64,000 nt of DNA from Melioribacter roseus (GTDB taxonomy: Bacteria > Bacteroidota > Ignavibacteria > Ignavibacteriales > Melioribacteraceae). Below, piece after piece: positions 9,668-19,292 of this stretch; the stretch's first letter is position 1, and each line of letters begins with the position of its first letter. The notes below the pieces were generated by a model, which searched no databases, was not told the origin of the DNA, and worked only from the letters and a program-made list of their open reading frames with translations. Location of the stretch: positions 3,270-67,269 of the forward strand of contig DYJK01000004.1 of the NCBI GenBank assembly GCA_020723165.1, in the 5' to 3' direction. The position numbers were made by a program, and so were the translations under genes.

Positions 9668-11422
9668 TTGAATATAGAGGAATTGGAAAGAGGATCGGTT
9701 GTGGTAGATTTGGAAAAGTATACTTACCCCGGGAGTCCCAGTGCAACTCTTAAGAAAATTAATTTTAAAATTAATAAAGGCGAATTTATTGGAGTAATGG
9801 GTAGAACCGGTTCAGGAAAAACTACAACATTAATGCTTCTCAACGGTTTGATACCTCATTTTTTTGAAGGCAATTTTGACGGCTCTGTAATTGTTAATAC
9901 AATGAACACGCAAAGATATAGAGTACAAACACTTGCCCGGTTTATTGGATTAGTTATGCAAGATCCTGAAACTCAGATTTTTGGGATAACTGTTGAAAAA
10001 GATACTTCCTTTGGTCCCTCCAACCTTAATTACAGAAAAGAAAAAATTGAAGAGCTTGTTACAAAATCACTTCCATTAGTTGGACTAAGCGGATTTGAAA
10101 AAAGAATAACAACGGAATTATCAGGCGGCGAAAAACAACGTTTAGCAATTGCCGGTGTCTTAGCAATGGAACCGGAAATAATTGTGCTTGATGAACCAAC
10201 TTCGGAATTGGACCCGAACGGACGCGCTGAAATTTACCGGGTTCTTTCAGAAATCCGCAGAAAAGAAAACGTTACTGTGATTATATCCGGCCATGATTCC
10301 GAGGAGATGCTTGATTTCGTTGATAAGATTATTGTCCTTGATGAAGGCGAGGTCGTTTGGCAAGGTATACCCCACGATCTATTTAAGAATGTGTCGCTTA
10401 CAGAAAAGTATGGAATTAGGCCAATCGAAACAGCTGAAATTTCAAATGCACTTTGTAAAGATTCTGTGTCAAAAGAGACCGAAATATTTTTGCATAGCGG
10501 GCAGCTCATCGAATATCTAAACAAACAATTAAAAAGTTGTTCAACCAAAAACGAAATACATAAAGAAACTTTTATTCCAAAACAGAAAAAGACTGTAATT
10601 GAAACAATTGATCTTTCATTCGGATATCGGAAAAATGAAGCCGCTCTTAATAAAATTAATCTTAGAATTGGCAAAGGTGAATTTGTTGCAGTAATCGGAA
10701 AGAATGGTGCCGGTAAAACCACATTTTCAAAACATCTTAATGGATTATTGAGACCAACATCGGGTCAGGTACTGATAAATGGAAGAAACATTCAATCAGT
10801 TAGTACTTCTGAATTAAGCCGTGAAGTGGGATATGTTTTTCAAAATCCCGATCACCAGATTTTTTCTGCAAGTGTGAGAGAAGAAGTTGAGTATGGATTG
10901 AAAAATTTAAATCTAACAAAAGTTGAGATTGAAGAAAGGGTAAATAAAGTATTAAAATTTGTTGGATTAATAGAATATCAAAATCGGCATCCGTTTACAT
11001 TAGGTAAAGGGGAACGTCAGAAATTAGCTTTTGCTTCTATCCTTGTAATGGAACCGGGGATTTTAGTAATAGATGAACCTACTACGGGTCAGGATTGGGA
11101 TGGAACAAAAAGAATGATGACTATGATGAAAGAGTTACACCAAAACGGACATACAATATTGACCATAACTCATAATTTGAGATTAGCCGCCGAGTATGCC
11201 GATAGAATAATTGTGTTTTCAAATGGAATGGTAGTATTGGATGGAACACCCCCGGAGGTTTTTTCACAAGAGCAAATTCTTGAATCGGCTTCTGTTTCGT
11301 CTCCCGAAAGTGTAAAAATTGGAAGATCTCTTTTCGAGTTAGGTTTTAGAAACGACCTTATTACCGTGAATCAAATTAAAGAACAACTGTTGGAAAATTT
11401 GAGTTTGATAAATGTTAATTGA
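9668..11422 (+). CDS. ECF-transporter ATPase, fused EcfA-EcfA' (two ABC domains)
   Basis: 584 aa. Two Walker A motifs (GRTGSGKTT, GKNGAGKTT), two signature motifs (LSGGEKQR, LGKGERQK) and two Walker B motifs (VLDEPTSELD, VIDEPTTGQD). TTG start one nt after the previous stop. Confidence 0.9.
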   Translation: MNIEELERGSVVVDLEKYTYPGSPSATLKKINFKINKGEFIGVMGRTGSGKTTTLMLLNGLIPHFFEGNFDGSVIVNTMNTQRYRVQTLARFIGLVMQDPETQIFGITVEKDTSFGPSNLNYRKEKIEELVTKSLPLVGLSGFEKRITTELSGGEKQRLAIAGVLAMEPEIIVLDEPTSELDPNGRAEIYRVLSEIRRKENVTVIISGHDSEEMLDFVDKIIVLDEGEVVWQGIPHDLFKNVSLTEKYGIRPIETAEISNALCKDSVSKETEIFLHSGQLIEYLNKQLKSCSTKNEIHKETFIPKQKKTVIETIDLSFGYRKNEAALNKINLRIGKGEFVAVIGKNGAGKTTFSKHLNGLLRPTSGQVLINGRNIQSVSTSELSREVGYVFQNPDHQIFSASVREEVEYGLKNLNLTKVEIEERVNKVLKFVGLIEYQNRHPFTLGKGERQKLAFASILVMEPGILVIDEPTTGQDWDGTKRMMTMMKELHQNGHTILTITHNLRLAAEYADRIIVFSNGMVVLDGTPPEVFSQEQILESASVSSPESVKIGRSLFELGFRNDLITVNQIKEQLLENLSLINVN

Positions 11423-12221
11423 TTACTATCCATCAAATAGTTTTATTCATTCTCTTGATGTACGCACAAAGTTACTTGGTTTTTTAATAATAACCGTTGC
11501 AGCATTTGTATTTTTGTCGCCGTTTATCAACTTACTGATTGCAGCAATTACATTTCTAATACTTCTCACAATAAAAACGCCTCTTCATAAAATAAAACAA
11601 GTTCTAAAACCACTTCTTCCAATTTTTTTAATAATGCTTTTAATAACTGGTTTTACTTACCCGGCTGAAAAATTTCAACTCGATCTAAACAAGCAGATAC
11701 TTTTTTATTTATTCCCGGATAAAACTTTACCGATCTCGGTTGGTGGTATCTTTTATGGGTTAACATTAACTCTTAGGATTTTAATAATGGTTCTTGCATC
11801 AACGGTTGTAACATTCAGTACACCGATAGAAGATATTATTCAACTGATGCAAAAAATGAAAATGCCTTATCAACTGGCTTTTGTAATTGCAACCGGGATA
11901 AGATTCGTCCCGACAATGCAGAAAAAATCGGAGATGATCCAGGAAGCACAAAAAGCACGGGGTACCGAATTTGGAAACAAAGGATTAATTGGAAATATCA
12001 AATCGTATATCCCGGTACTTATTCCAATGATTGTTGATTCAATCCGCATGTCCGAAAATCTTGCTATCTCAATGTTAAACCGTGGATTTGGCACATACAA
12101 ATCAGCTACTAATCTGCACGAAATAAAAATGATGAAAAAAGATTACGCAATATGTTTAGCCGAGTTGATAATTCTAATAGCAGCAATCTGGGCGAATACC
12201 GAAAATGTTGGAGTTCTGTAA
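11412..12221 (+). CDS. ECF-transporter transmembrane (T) component, EcfT/CbiQ family
   Basis: 269 aa polytopic membrane protein. Overlaps the ATPase gene by 11 nt. General CbiQ-like layout including a ...AQKARG... segment. Confidence 0.75.
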   Translation: MLIDYYPSNSFIHSLDVRTKLLGFLIITVAAFVFLSPFINLLIAAITFLILLTIKTPLHKIKQVLKPLLPIFLIMLLITGFTYPAEKFQLDLNKQILFYLFPDKTLPISVGGIFYGLTLTLRILIMVLASTVVTFSTPIEDIIQLMQKMKMPYQLAFVIATGIRFVPTMQKKSEMIQEAQKARGTEFGNKGLIGNIKSYIPVLIPMIVDSIRMSENLAISMLNRGFGTYKSATNLHEIKMMKKDYAICLAELIILIAAIWANTENVGVL

Positions 12222-13264
12222 TGATAAAAGAAAATTCAATTTCACTAAAATCAATAGGGTTAGAAAAAGAGATCATCTTTAAAAAGGCGTTTGGGTCGCT
12301 TCTCGGTGTTGCATACGGAGATGCAATGGGTATGCCGACATCTTTGATGGATCCGGTTACAATAAGAAAAATGTTCCCGGAACGAATCACAAGTCTTTTG
12401 CCGGCACCGGAAGGTCATATCATTCATAATAAAATGTTAGCCGGCGAGATTACGGATGATACTCAACAAACACTGCTTCTTGCAGATCTGTTTATTGAAG
12501 AAAAGAAATTTACACGGCACGGTGTTGCGAAAAAATTACTTGAATGGGCAAAAGGTTTAAACGCTTTTCAATCAATGATACTAGGACCAAGCTCACTTCG
12601 CGCTTTAAAGATGATTGATAACGGAATCCCGGTTGAAGAAACCGGCAGTATGGGAGACACAAACGGTGCTGCAATGAAAATCGCACCGGTAGGAATTGTT
12701 CATCCCGGCGATTACGATGCAGTAGTAAATGATGTTGCAGAAGTTTGCATTCCCACACACAATACGAATATGGCAATTTCCGGGGCGTCTGCTGTCGCAT
12801 GTGCAGTAGCATCGGGTATGGCAAACAGAAACATGGATGATTTGATAGAAGCATTTTATTATGGGGCCAAAGAAGGGATGAAATTCGGAAGGCAATGGTA
12901 CGGGGCATCAATATCAAAAAGAACTGAGTTGGCGCTTAAAATTATCCGCTCGGGAAAAAGTGAAGCAGAGATATGGCAAGATTTATATGATTATGTAGGC
13001 ACCGGCGTTGCTATATCGGAATCTGTGCCTACAGCACTTGCATTAGTAGTTTATTACAATGGTAATCCTCTCAAAACCGCTGAAGCTGCTGCTAACATTG
13101 GCGGCGATTGCGATACTGTTGGTGCAATTGCCGGCGGTATTGCCGGTGCATATTCAGGGTATGAAATATTTCCTTCAAATATTATCGAACAGTTATCACG
13201 AGTGAACAAAATTGATTTTGAAGGGTATGCGAAAAAAATTTCTGATTCCGTATTAACGACATAA
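12221..13264 (+). CDS. ADP-ribosylglycohydrolase-family (DraG/ARH-like) protein
   Basis: Contains GSLLGVAYGDAMGMPTS, ITDDTQQT and GGDCDTVGAIAGGIAGAY motifs. Start placed at ATG 12221, which overlaps the ecfT stop (TAATG). The ORF-track start at 12152 lies inside ecfT. Confidence 0.8.
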   Translation: MIKENSISLKSIGLEKEIIFKKAFGSLLGVAYGDAMGMPTSLMDPVTIRKMFPERITSLLPAPEGHIIHNKMLAGEITDDTQQTLLLADLFIEEKKFTRHGVAKKLLEWAKGLNAFQSMILGPSSLRALKMIDNGIPVEETGSMGDTNGAAMKIAPVGIVHPGDYDAVVNDVAEVCIPTHNTNMAISGASAVACAVASGMANRNMDDLIEAFYYGAKEGMKFGRQWYGASISKRTELALKIIRSGKSEAEIWQDLYDYVGTGVAISESVPTALALVVYYNGNPLKTAEAAANIGGDCDTVGAIAGGIAGAYSGYEIFPSNIIEQLSRVNKIDFEGYAKKISDSVLTT

Positions 13265-13340
13265 AAACAAATTCATGAAAGGAAAGAATTAAAATTTTTA
13301 GATAGAACATTTATTTATTAAAGATTACCTGGGTACGGGT

Positions 13341-14984
13341 ATGATCAAAATGATTTGTAGAATAGTTTTCGTGGCATCTGTTTTAATTCAATCAATCTTT
13401 TCCCAAACGTTAAGTGATTCAACTTCTCCCAAAATAAATATTCCCCCCAGCTCAAAACAAACATTATATGGACGTATTACAGATGTGCACGGTAAACCGG
13501 TTATTGCTCAAATACAAGCCTGGTATTACCCGTTAAAAGAAGTTGTATTTGCTTTTGGAAAAGATACAGTCAAAGGGAGAACCGATAATTTAATTTGTAT
13601 GGCATACTCTGAAAACAATGGATATTATGCAATCAAAGTACCGGTTGATACTATAACATTGATAATTACTAAAGGACCGGAATGGAGTATTGCCGAGGAG
13701 AGATTTGTAATAAGAAAAAATGAGTTTGAAGGGATTGAATATAATGTTACTCTGAAAAAATTATACGATTTAAGTAAGCAAGGTTGGTATTCGGGGGATG
13801 CACACCATCACAGTCTGCACAGCGATGGAAGACAAACTCCATCCCGGGTTGCACATGCAATGAAAGGTGTAGGATTATCATGGGGAATTTTATCCGATCA
13901 TAATTCCGTAGCTGGTAATAAAGAATGGATAGCTAATACTACTGAAAATTTTATTGCTATACCCGGATGTGAAATTACAACAGAGCCTTCAAGAAATTCA
14001 GAACTCAACGGATACGGTCATTTAAACCAAAGTTTCATTAATGAAATGAACACAACCTATCCCGATAATCCGAATATTTGGGCACGAGCTATATTCAGTA
14101 ATCATAAAGATGTTCAGACTGTAATCGATGGAACTCACGAACAAAAAGGATTCATTTCTATTAATCACCCGTATCAAAGCTGGGATTGGTCGGGCAGATA
14201 TAAATCCTGGGGTGAAGTAAAATATTTTGATGCAATCGAAGTGTGGAATGGTGATCCGCCTCATTCCTTATCAACAAATACATGGGCTAAAGAACCTTTT
14301 AATATTAACACGTGGGCTTTGCATTCGTGGTTCTCTTATTTGGATGAAGGAAATAAAATTTCGGGGATAGCCGGTTCTGATTGCCATGATATTTATGGTG
14401 CCGGGTCTTATCCTAAAGGAGAGTTTTACTGGACCACCACTACCGGTAATCCGCGAACCTATATCTATTGTAAGAAACTCTCAGAAAAAAATATTCAAGA
14501 TGCGCTTGAAGATGGAAAAATATTTCTTACATCAGGATTTGGTCCACTGTTATTGATTAGTTCGGAAGGCAAAACACCCGGTGAAATTATAAATGTGCCG
14601 GAAAATGGAGTTGTTGAAATTAAGATTGAAGTGTTGGCAAATAGACCTCTTAAGAAGATGCAAAATGGTGTAAGGGTAATTATTAATGGGGAAGCATTAT
14701 ACTGTTTCGATACGGATTCTGTATTCACTTTTGCGAGAGTGCAGCCGGTTAAAATTGAAAAAGATAGCTGGGTAATTGTAGAAGCATTTGGTCAATGGCC
14801 GATGTATGCTGTTACCAATCCAATTTATCTGGATTACCCTCCTTACGGAAATTTTCCAAGTAGGGAATGGAAAAATCCGGCTGGTTCGAGAGAATGGAAT
14901 ATATATTTAAGTCATCCTCAAATTACGATTCCTGATGGTGTATCAAATTGGAAGGAAAAAATAGATAAAACAAAAAATAAATAA
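13341..14984 (+). CDS. secreted PHP-domain metallophosphoesterase (CehA/McbA-like)
   Basis: 547 aa. Signal peptide, then a carboxypeptidase-regulatory-like beta domain (YGRITDVHGKPV). His-rich PHP motifs GDAHHHSLHSDG, LSDHN and GSDCHD. Confidence 0.65.
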   Translation: MIKMICRIVFVASVLIQSIFSQTLSDSTSPKINIPPSSKQTLYGRITDVHGKPVIAQIQAWYYPLKEVVFAFGKDTVKGRTDNLICMAYSENNGYYAIKVPVDTITLIITKGPEWSIAEERFVIRKNEFEGIEYNVTLKKLYDLSKQGWYSGDAHHHSLHSDGRQTPSRVAHAMKGVGLSWGILSDHNSVAGNKEWIANTTENFIAIPGCEITTEPSRNSELNGYGHLNQSFINEMNTTYPDNPNIWARAIFSNHKDVQTVIDGTHEQKGFISINHPYQSWDWSGRYKSWGEVKYFDAIEVWNGDPPHSLSTNTWAKEPFNINTWALHSWFSYLDEGNKISGIAGSDCHDIYGAGSYPKGEFYWTTTTGNPRTYIYCKKLSEKNIQDALEDGKIFLTSGFGPLLLISSEGKTPGEIINVPENGVVEIKIEVLANRPLKKMQNGVRVIINGEALYCFDTDSVFTFARVQPVKIEKDSWVIVEAFGQWPMYAVTNPIYLDYPPYGNFPSREWKNPAGSREWNIYLSHPQITIPDGVSNWKEKIDKTKNK

Positions 14985-15031
14985 TTGTGCTACGGATGCT
15001 GATTTATCCAATTAACAAAAGGAGGATGAAA

Positions 15032-16909
15032 ATGAAAAAGCTATTCAGCATTTTATCATTATTACTGATTCTTATTATTTCTACAAGTCTAACATTTGCC
15101 CAGGATGAGGGAAAAGAAAAAACTAATGAAAAAATAGTTTCTACCAAAGAATTATCCGACAAAACAAATGCAGAGGATATGGCAGAAGCTTTAAAAACTA
15201 TTCCTGGTGTTTACATCCGCTCCGGTCAAATTAATATTAGGGATGCAACTGCGAACAAAATTCTAATATTAATTGACGGGCAGAGAGTTAATAACGCACA
15301 AAGCGGAGGATACGATGTAACAACCATTCCAATCGATGCCGTTGAAAATGTTGAAGTGTTAAGAGGTGGTAACTCAGCCCGCTATGGTGCCGATGCTGTT
15401 GGAGGCGTTGTGAATTTCATTACTAAGAAAGCTAAAGAAGTTTCTAAAATGGATGTTGGATTAAGGGCAACTTATGGGTCTTTTAATTCCCAATATTACA
15501 GCGTTTACACCTCCAATACGGTAAGCGATTTCAACTATTACCTTTCTTACAAACGAAGACAGAGCGATGGTGATTTCAAGTACAAAGATTTTGATGGTGT
15601 AGACCAGACAAGAGAGAATAATCATTCTAAAGGGGATGATTTCCTTGTAAAATTGGGTTACAAACTTCAAGAAAATTCGAACCTTTCATTTACCGGTCAA
15701 TTAGGTCAATCCGAAAATGGTTCAGCCGGTAGTGTAAAAGGATTAAAGAATTATGCAAGTACAACACCAAACGCAATTCTGAAAACTAATAATTCGTTTT
15801 TTAATCTTAGCTACGGTATAAAAGAGATATACGGCAAAGCTGATTTAAATGCTAACAGTTACTATCAATTTTTCAGAACACGGTATAACGATCCTGATAC
15901 ATGGGGCGGACCTACCGCAAGTGATCATAAAGTAAATGCATATGGATTCGAGGTTACACAAAATAATCCTATGATGGATTTACTTACTTTGGTATATGGA
16001 TATGCATATCGCCATGATAACGCCAACAGCACATCGATTGGTGATAAGAATCGTAATACACATAGCGGACACCTTTCAGCAAATCTCGGTTTTAAGGATA
16101 TCGGTTTTTATTTGAACAATATTTCAATTATACCGGCTGTTCGTTATGATGCACCGTCAGATTTTGATAAAGTGTTAAGTCCAAAGATCAGTTTTATTTT
16201 TGCCAGCACAGATGCCTACGCTTTCAACATTAACGTACATTGGAGCAGATCATACAGAGCACCGACATTTAATGATTTATTCTGGCCTGAAGATTCTTAT
16301 ACAGTTGGTAACCCGGATCTGAAACCAGAGTATGGCAGAACTATTGAAGCCGGTTGTGGGGTGACATTACCTTCCATTAATGTAACGTTAAGGTTAAATT
16401 ATTTTAATAGTAAAATGACCGATCAGATTATTTGGGCTCCGAGGGCATCAGATTTTAAATGGACTCCCACAAATGTTGACAACTCACTAACTAGCGGACT
16501 TGAATCCTATGTTGGTATAAAATTCTTCGAGGATAAATTAAAGTTCGAGATTAACCATACCTATATGGATGCACGGGATAAAAGCGGTAAGACCAATGAT
16601 AATAAATTGCTCATCTATCGCCCGTATCACAAATTAGATTTTAACACCGCTGTTACAATAGACATTTTTGAAGTAAATGTTAACTATCAGTTTCTGAGTG
16701 ATCGTTACGTAGATGCAAAAAATTCTGCCGTTTTACCGGATGTCAGCAAGTGGGATCTTAATATTGGCACAAGTCCAAAATTATTTGATCTGAACTGGAC
16801 AGTCAGAATTGATGTAAATAATGTGTTTAATAAAAACTACCGGTTGAATGACGGTTATCCTTTGCCGGGAAGAGAAATACGCGGAACGATTGGGTTGAGT
16901 CTACTCTAA
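15032..16909 (+). CDS. TonB-dependent receptor (BtuB-sized)
   Basis: Signal peptide MKKLFSILSLLLILIISTSLTFAQ. Plug motifs IDGQRVNNAQSGGYD and VEVLRGGNSARYGADAVGGVVNFITK. C-terminal barrel with NNVFNKNYRL. Start chosen 6 nt after AGGAGG. Confidence 0.85.
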   Translation: MKKLFSILSLLLILIISTSLTFAQDEGKEKTNEKIVSTKELSDKTNAEDMAEALKTIPGVYIRSGQINIRDATANKILILIDGQRVNNAQSGGYDVTTIPIDAVENVEVLRGGNSARYGADAVGGVVNFITKKAKEVSKMDVGLRATYGSFNSQYYSVYTSNTVSDFNYYLSYKRRQSDGDFKYKDFDGVDQTRENNHSKGDDFLVKLGYKLQENSNLSFTGQLGQSENGSAGSVKGLKNYASTTPNAILKTNNSFFNLSYGIKEIYGKADLNANSYYQFFRTRYNDPDTWGGPTASDHKVNAYGFEVTQNNPMMDLLTLVYGYAYRHDNANSTSIGDKNRNTHSGHLSANLGFKDIGFYLNNISIIPAVRYDAPSDFDKVLSPKISFIFASTDAYAFNINVHWSRSYRAPTFNDLFWPEDSYTVGNPDLKPEYGRTIEAGCGVTLPSINVTLRLNYFNSKMTDQIIWAPRASDFKWTPTNVDNSLTSGLESYVGIKFFEDKLKFEINHTYMDARDKSGKTNDNKLLIYRPYHKLDFNTAVTIDIFEVNVNYQFLSDRYVDAKNSAVLPDVSKWDLNIGTSPKLFDLNWTVRIDVNNVFNKNYRLNDGYPLPGREIRGTIGLSLL

Positions 16910-16930
16910 TACTGGTGCATATACACAACT

Positions 16931-16988
16931 CCGGCTGGGGAATGCGCACATGTTTCTTCCTTAAAATTTCCGTGTGCGCATCCCCGGT
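16931..16988 (+). promoter_or_regulatory. long GC-rich stem-loop between the two TonB-dependent receptor genes
   Basis: CCGGCTGGGGAATGCGCACA pairs with TGTGCGCATCCCCGG around a loop of about 22 nt. No trailing T run. Confidence 0.5.
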
Positions 16989-17037
16989 ATTAGGTTAATT
17001 ACGTTTCATTTATCAAAAAGAAATTGAGGATGATGTA

Positions 17038-19257
17038 ATGATGACCGGATCAATAAAAATAATATTGTTATTTCTTTCCATCTTGTTAATCATACCGTTG
17101 AAAGCCCAGGACTTCGGTACAGTGAGCGGTAATGTGAAAGATGAGAAAACAAGAGAGGCGCTTATAGGTGTTAATGTCTATTTGAAAGGAACACATATAG
17201 GAAGTGCAACAGATGTAAATGGTAATTACTTTATAAAACAAGTGCCGGCTGGCAAATGGATTTTAGTTTGCAGCATGCTTAACTACATTAAGGTTGAAAA
17301 AGAAATTGAGGTAAACAATAATCAAAATCTTACTATTGATTTTAGTCTTATCAATGACGAGCTAACTTTTTCCGAAGTAGTAATAACTGCAACACGTAAT
17401 GCAGAACTTGTAACCAATGTACCGGTAGCCACGGAAATTCTAAACAGTAAAGAAATTATAAACTCTAACGCTAAAAACGTTGGAGAAATTTTAAAATCAA
17501 TCGGTTCATCATTAATAAAAAGTTATGGTGCCGTAGGATCGCTGGAATCTGTTTCGTTGAGAGGTTCTACAAGTGATCAAGTTCTCATTTTAGTTGATGG
17601 CCAAAGACTAAACAACGCACAGCAAGGTTCGGTTGATTTAAGTTCGATTTCACTTGATGCTGTTGAAAAGATCGAAGTTGTTAAAGGCGGTAACTCGGCT
17701 ATGTACGGCAGCGATGCAGTTGGTGGAGTAATTAATGTTATTACAAAATCAATGGCGCGGAAAGATAAATTGGATTATTCTGTGAATGCTTTGTATGGAT
17801 CTTACAATACTCAAACTTATGATATTTCAGTTGGTCAAGGGATAAAGAATTTTGATTACTTTGTTTCATATAACAAAACACTTACCGACGGTAATTTTGA
17901 ATTCATTAATAAATTAGGCGAAAAAACAGAATTGAAGAACGGTGATACAAAAGCCGATAACATTTTTGTAAAAGGAGGTTACTTATTCGAAAATCAATCC
18001 AGGTTATCAGCATTTTACAAGTATCGTAAATCCGATAATGGTTCACCCGGTTCTATCGATTATCCTAATTACTCAGCCCGAAATAAAGTTGATAATAATC
18101 ATCTAAGTCTTTCCTACGAAGGATTATCATTTGGACCTTTTGCATTTAATTTTAATACCTATTTTATGCAGCGTGAACACCATTATGTAAATCCTGAATC
18201 TTACTTGGGAGCCGAAGAAAGTATATATGATACAAAAGCAATAGGTGTAATGCTGCAAGCATTTACAGACTTGAATGAATACGGACTTCTTTCTTACGGT
18301 TATGAACTCCGTCAAGACAAACTTGAAAGTGATCATTTACTAGACGGGGTAAGTCAGCCATTTATTGGCGATCATCAGCGAAATGTAAACAGTTTTTATT
18401 TTCAGAATGATTGGAAATATGATATTGATCATGTGTGGAAATTTTCAATAGTGCCGGCGATAAGAGTAGATAAATACCCGGAGAAAGGAATCGGTACCCA
18501 GCTTTCACCAAAAGCCGGTTTTACATTTAGTCACGATGAAATATGGCGCGGCGCAATTAGGGGTAATGTTGGTAAAGTTTTTAGAGCACCAACTTACAGC
18601 GATTTGTATTGGCCTGAAGATACGTGGACAAAAGGAAATCCGGATTTAAAACCGGAGAAGGGAATTACCTATGATTTTGGTTTCATCGTTCAGTTTGCCG
18701 GACCCGGTAGCTGGAGTATTGAATCAACATATTTTGGCAGTAACCTTGAAGATTTAATACTTTGGGCATCTTCAGAATCAGGTAAATGGACACCGACAAA
18801 TGTATCAAAGGCAAAAATCAATGGAGTAGAATTAAAAGTTTCGTGGGAAGGATTCAACAAACTTCTTGAAATCCATTCATCATATACTTACATGAAAGCT
18901 AAGGATGATAGCGATAATCCAACCACATCCGGGAAAGATTTGATTTACAGACCGAAAGATAAATTTGATTTGATCTTGAATTTTAATTACTGGATTGCAT
19001 CATTAAATCTTAACTACAATTTTATCGGCAAAAGATTTCATGATTCAACAAATAAAATTGAATTAAGCAGTTACGAATTAGTTAATGTTAACCTTGGTGT
19101 ATCACCAAAGGTCGGCGATGTTAATCTTAATTTCCGTTTCGAAGTAAATAATTTATTCGACAAACAATTACAAATTATAAAAGGATCGCCGGTCCCGGGT
19201 AGAGAATTAAGATTTTCAATAGGTGTTAATGGATCAATAACGGGAATAGAGTTATAG
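17038..19257 (+). CDS. TonB-dependent receptor with N-terminal carboxypeptidase-regulatory-like domain
   Basis: 739 aa. GTVSGNVKDEKTREALIGVNVYLKGT...NGNYFIKQVPAGKW, then plug motifs VDGQRLNNAQQGSVD and IEVVKGGNSAMYGSDAVGGVINVITK, then a barrel. Confidence 0.85.
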   Translation: MMTGSIKIILLFLSILLIIPLKAQDFGTVSGNVKDEKTREALIGVNVYLKGTHIGSATDVNGNYFIKQVPAGKWILVCSMLNYIKVEKEIEVNNNQNLTIDFSLINDELTFSEVVITATRNAELVTNVPVATEILNSKEIINSNAKNVGEILKSIGSSLIKSYGAVGSLESVSLRGSTSDQVLILVDGQRLNNAQQGSVDLSSISLDAVEKIEVVKGGNSAMYGSDAVGGVINVITKSMARKDKLDYSVNALYGSYNTQTYDISVGQGIKNFDYFVSYNKTLTDGNFEFINKLGEKTELKNGDTKADNIFVKGGYLFENQSRLSAFYKYRKSDNGSPGSIDYPNYSARNKVDNNHLSLSYEGLSFGPFAFNFNTYFMQREHHYVNPESYLGAEESIYDTKAIGVMLQAFTDLNEYGLLSYGYELRQDKLESDHLLDGVSQPFIGDHQRNVNSFYFQNDWKYDIDHVWKFSIVPAIRVDKYPEKGIGTQLSPKAGFTFSHDEIWRGAIRGNVGKVFRAPTYSDLYWPEDTWTKGNPDLKPEKGITYDFGFIVQFAGPGSWSIESTYFGSNLEDLILWASSESGKWTPTNVSKAKINGVELKVSWEGFNKLLEIHSSYTYMKAKDDSDNPTTSGKDLIYRPKDKFDLILNFNYWIASLNLNYNFIGKRFHDSTNKIELSSYELVNVNLGVSPKVGDVNLNFRFEVNNLFDKQLQIIKGSPVPGRELRFSIGVNGSITGIEL

Positions 19258-19292
19258 TTTTATCTAAATGCGGATTTTATTGGAGACATAAT

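Noticed and set aside
12152-12220. Longer N-terminus for the ADP-ribosylglycohydrolase gene, as given in the ORF track
   Set aside because: The extra 23 codons lie inside the ecfT coding region. An in-frame ATG at 12221 overlaps the ecfT stop (TAATG) and is followed directly by the conserved family N-terminus.
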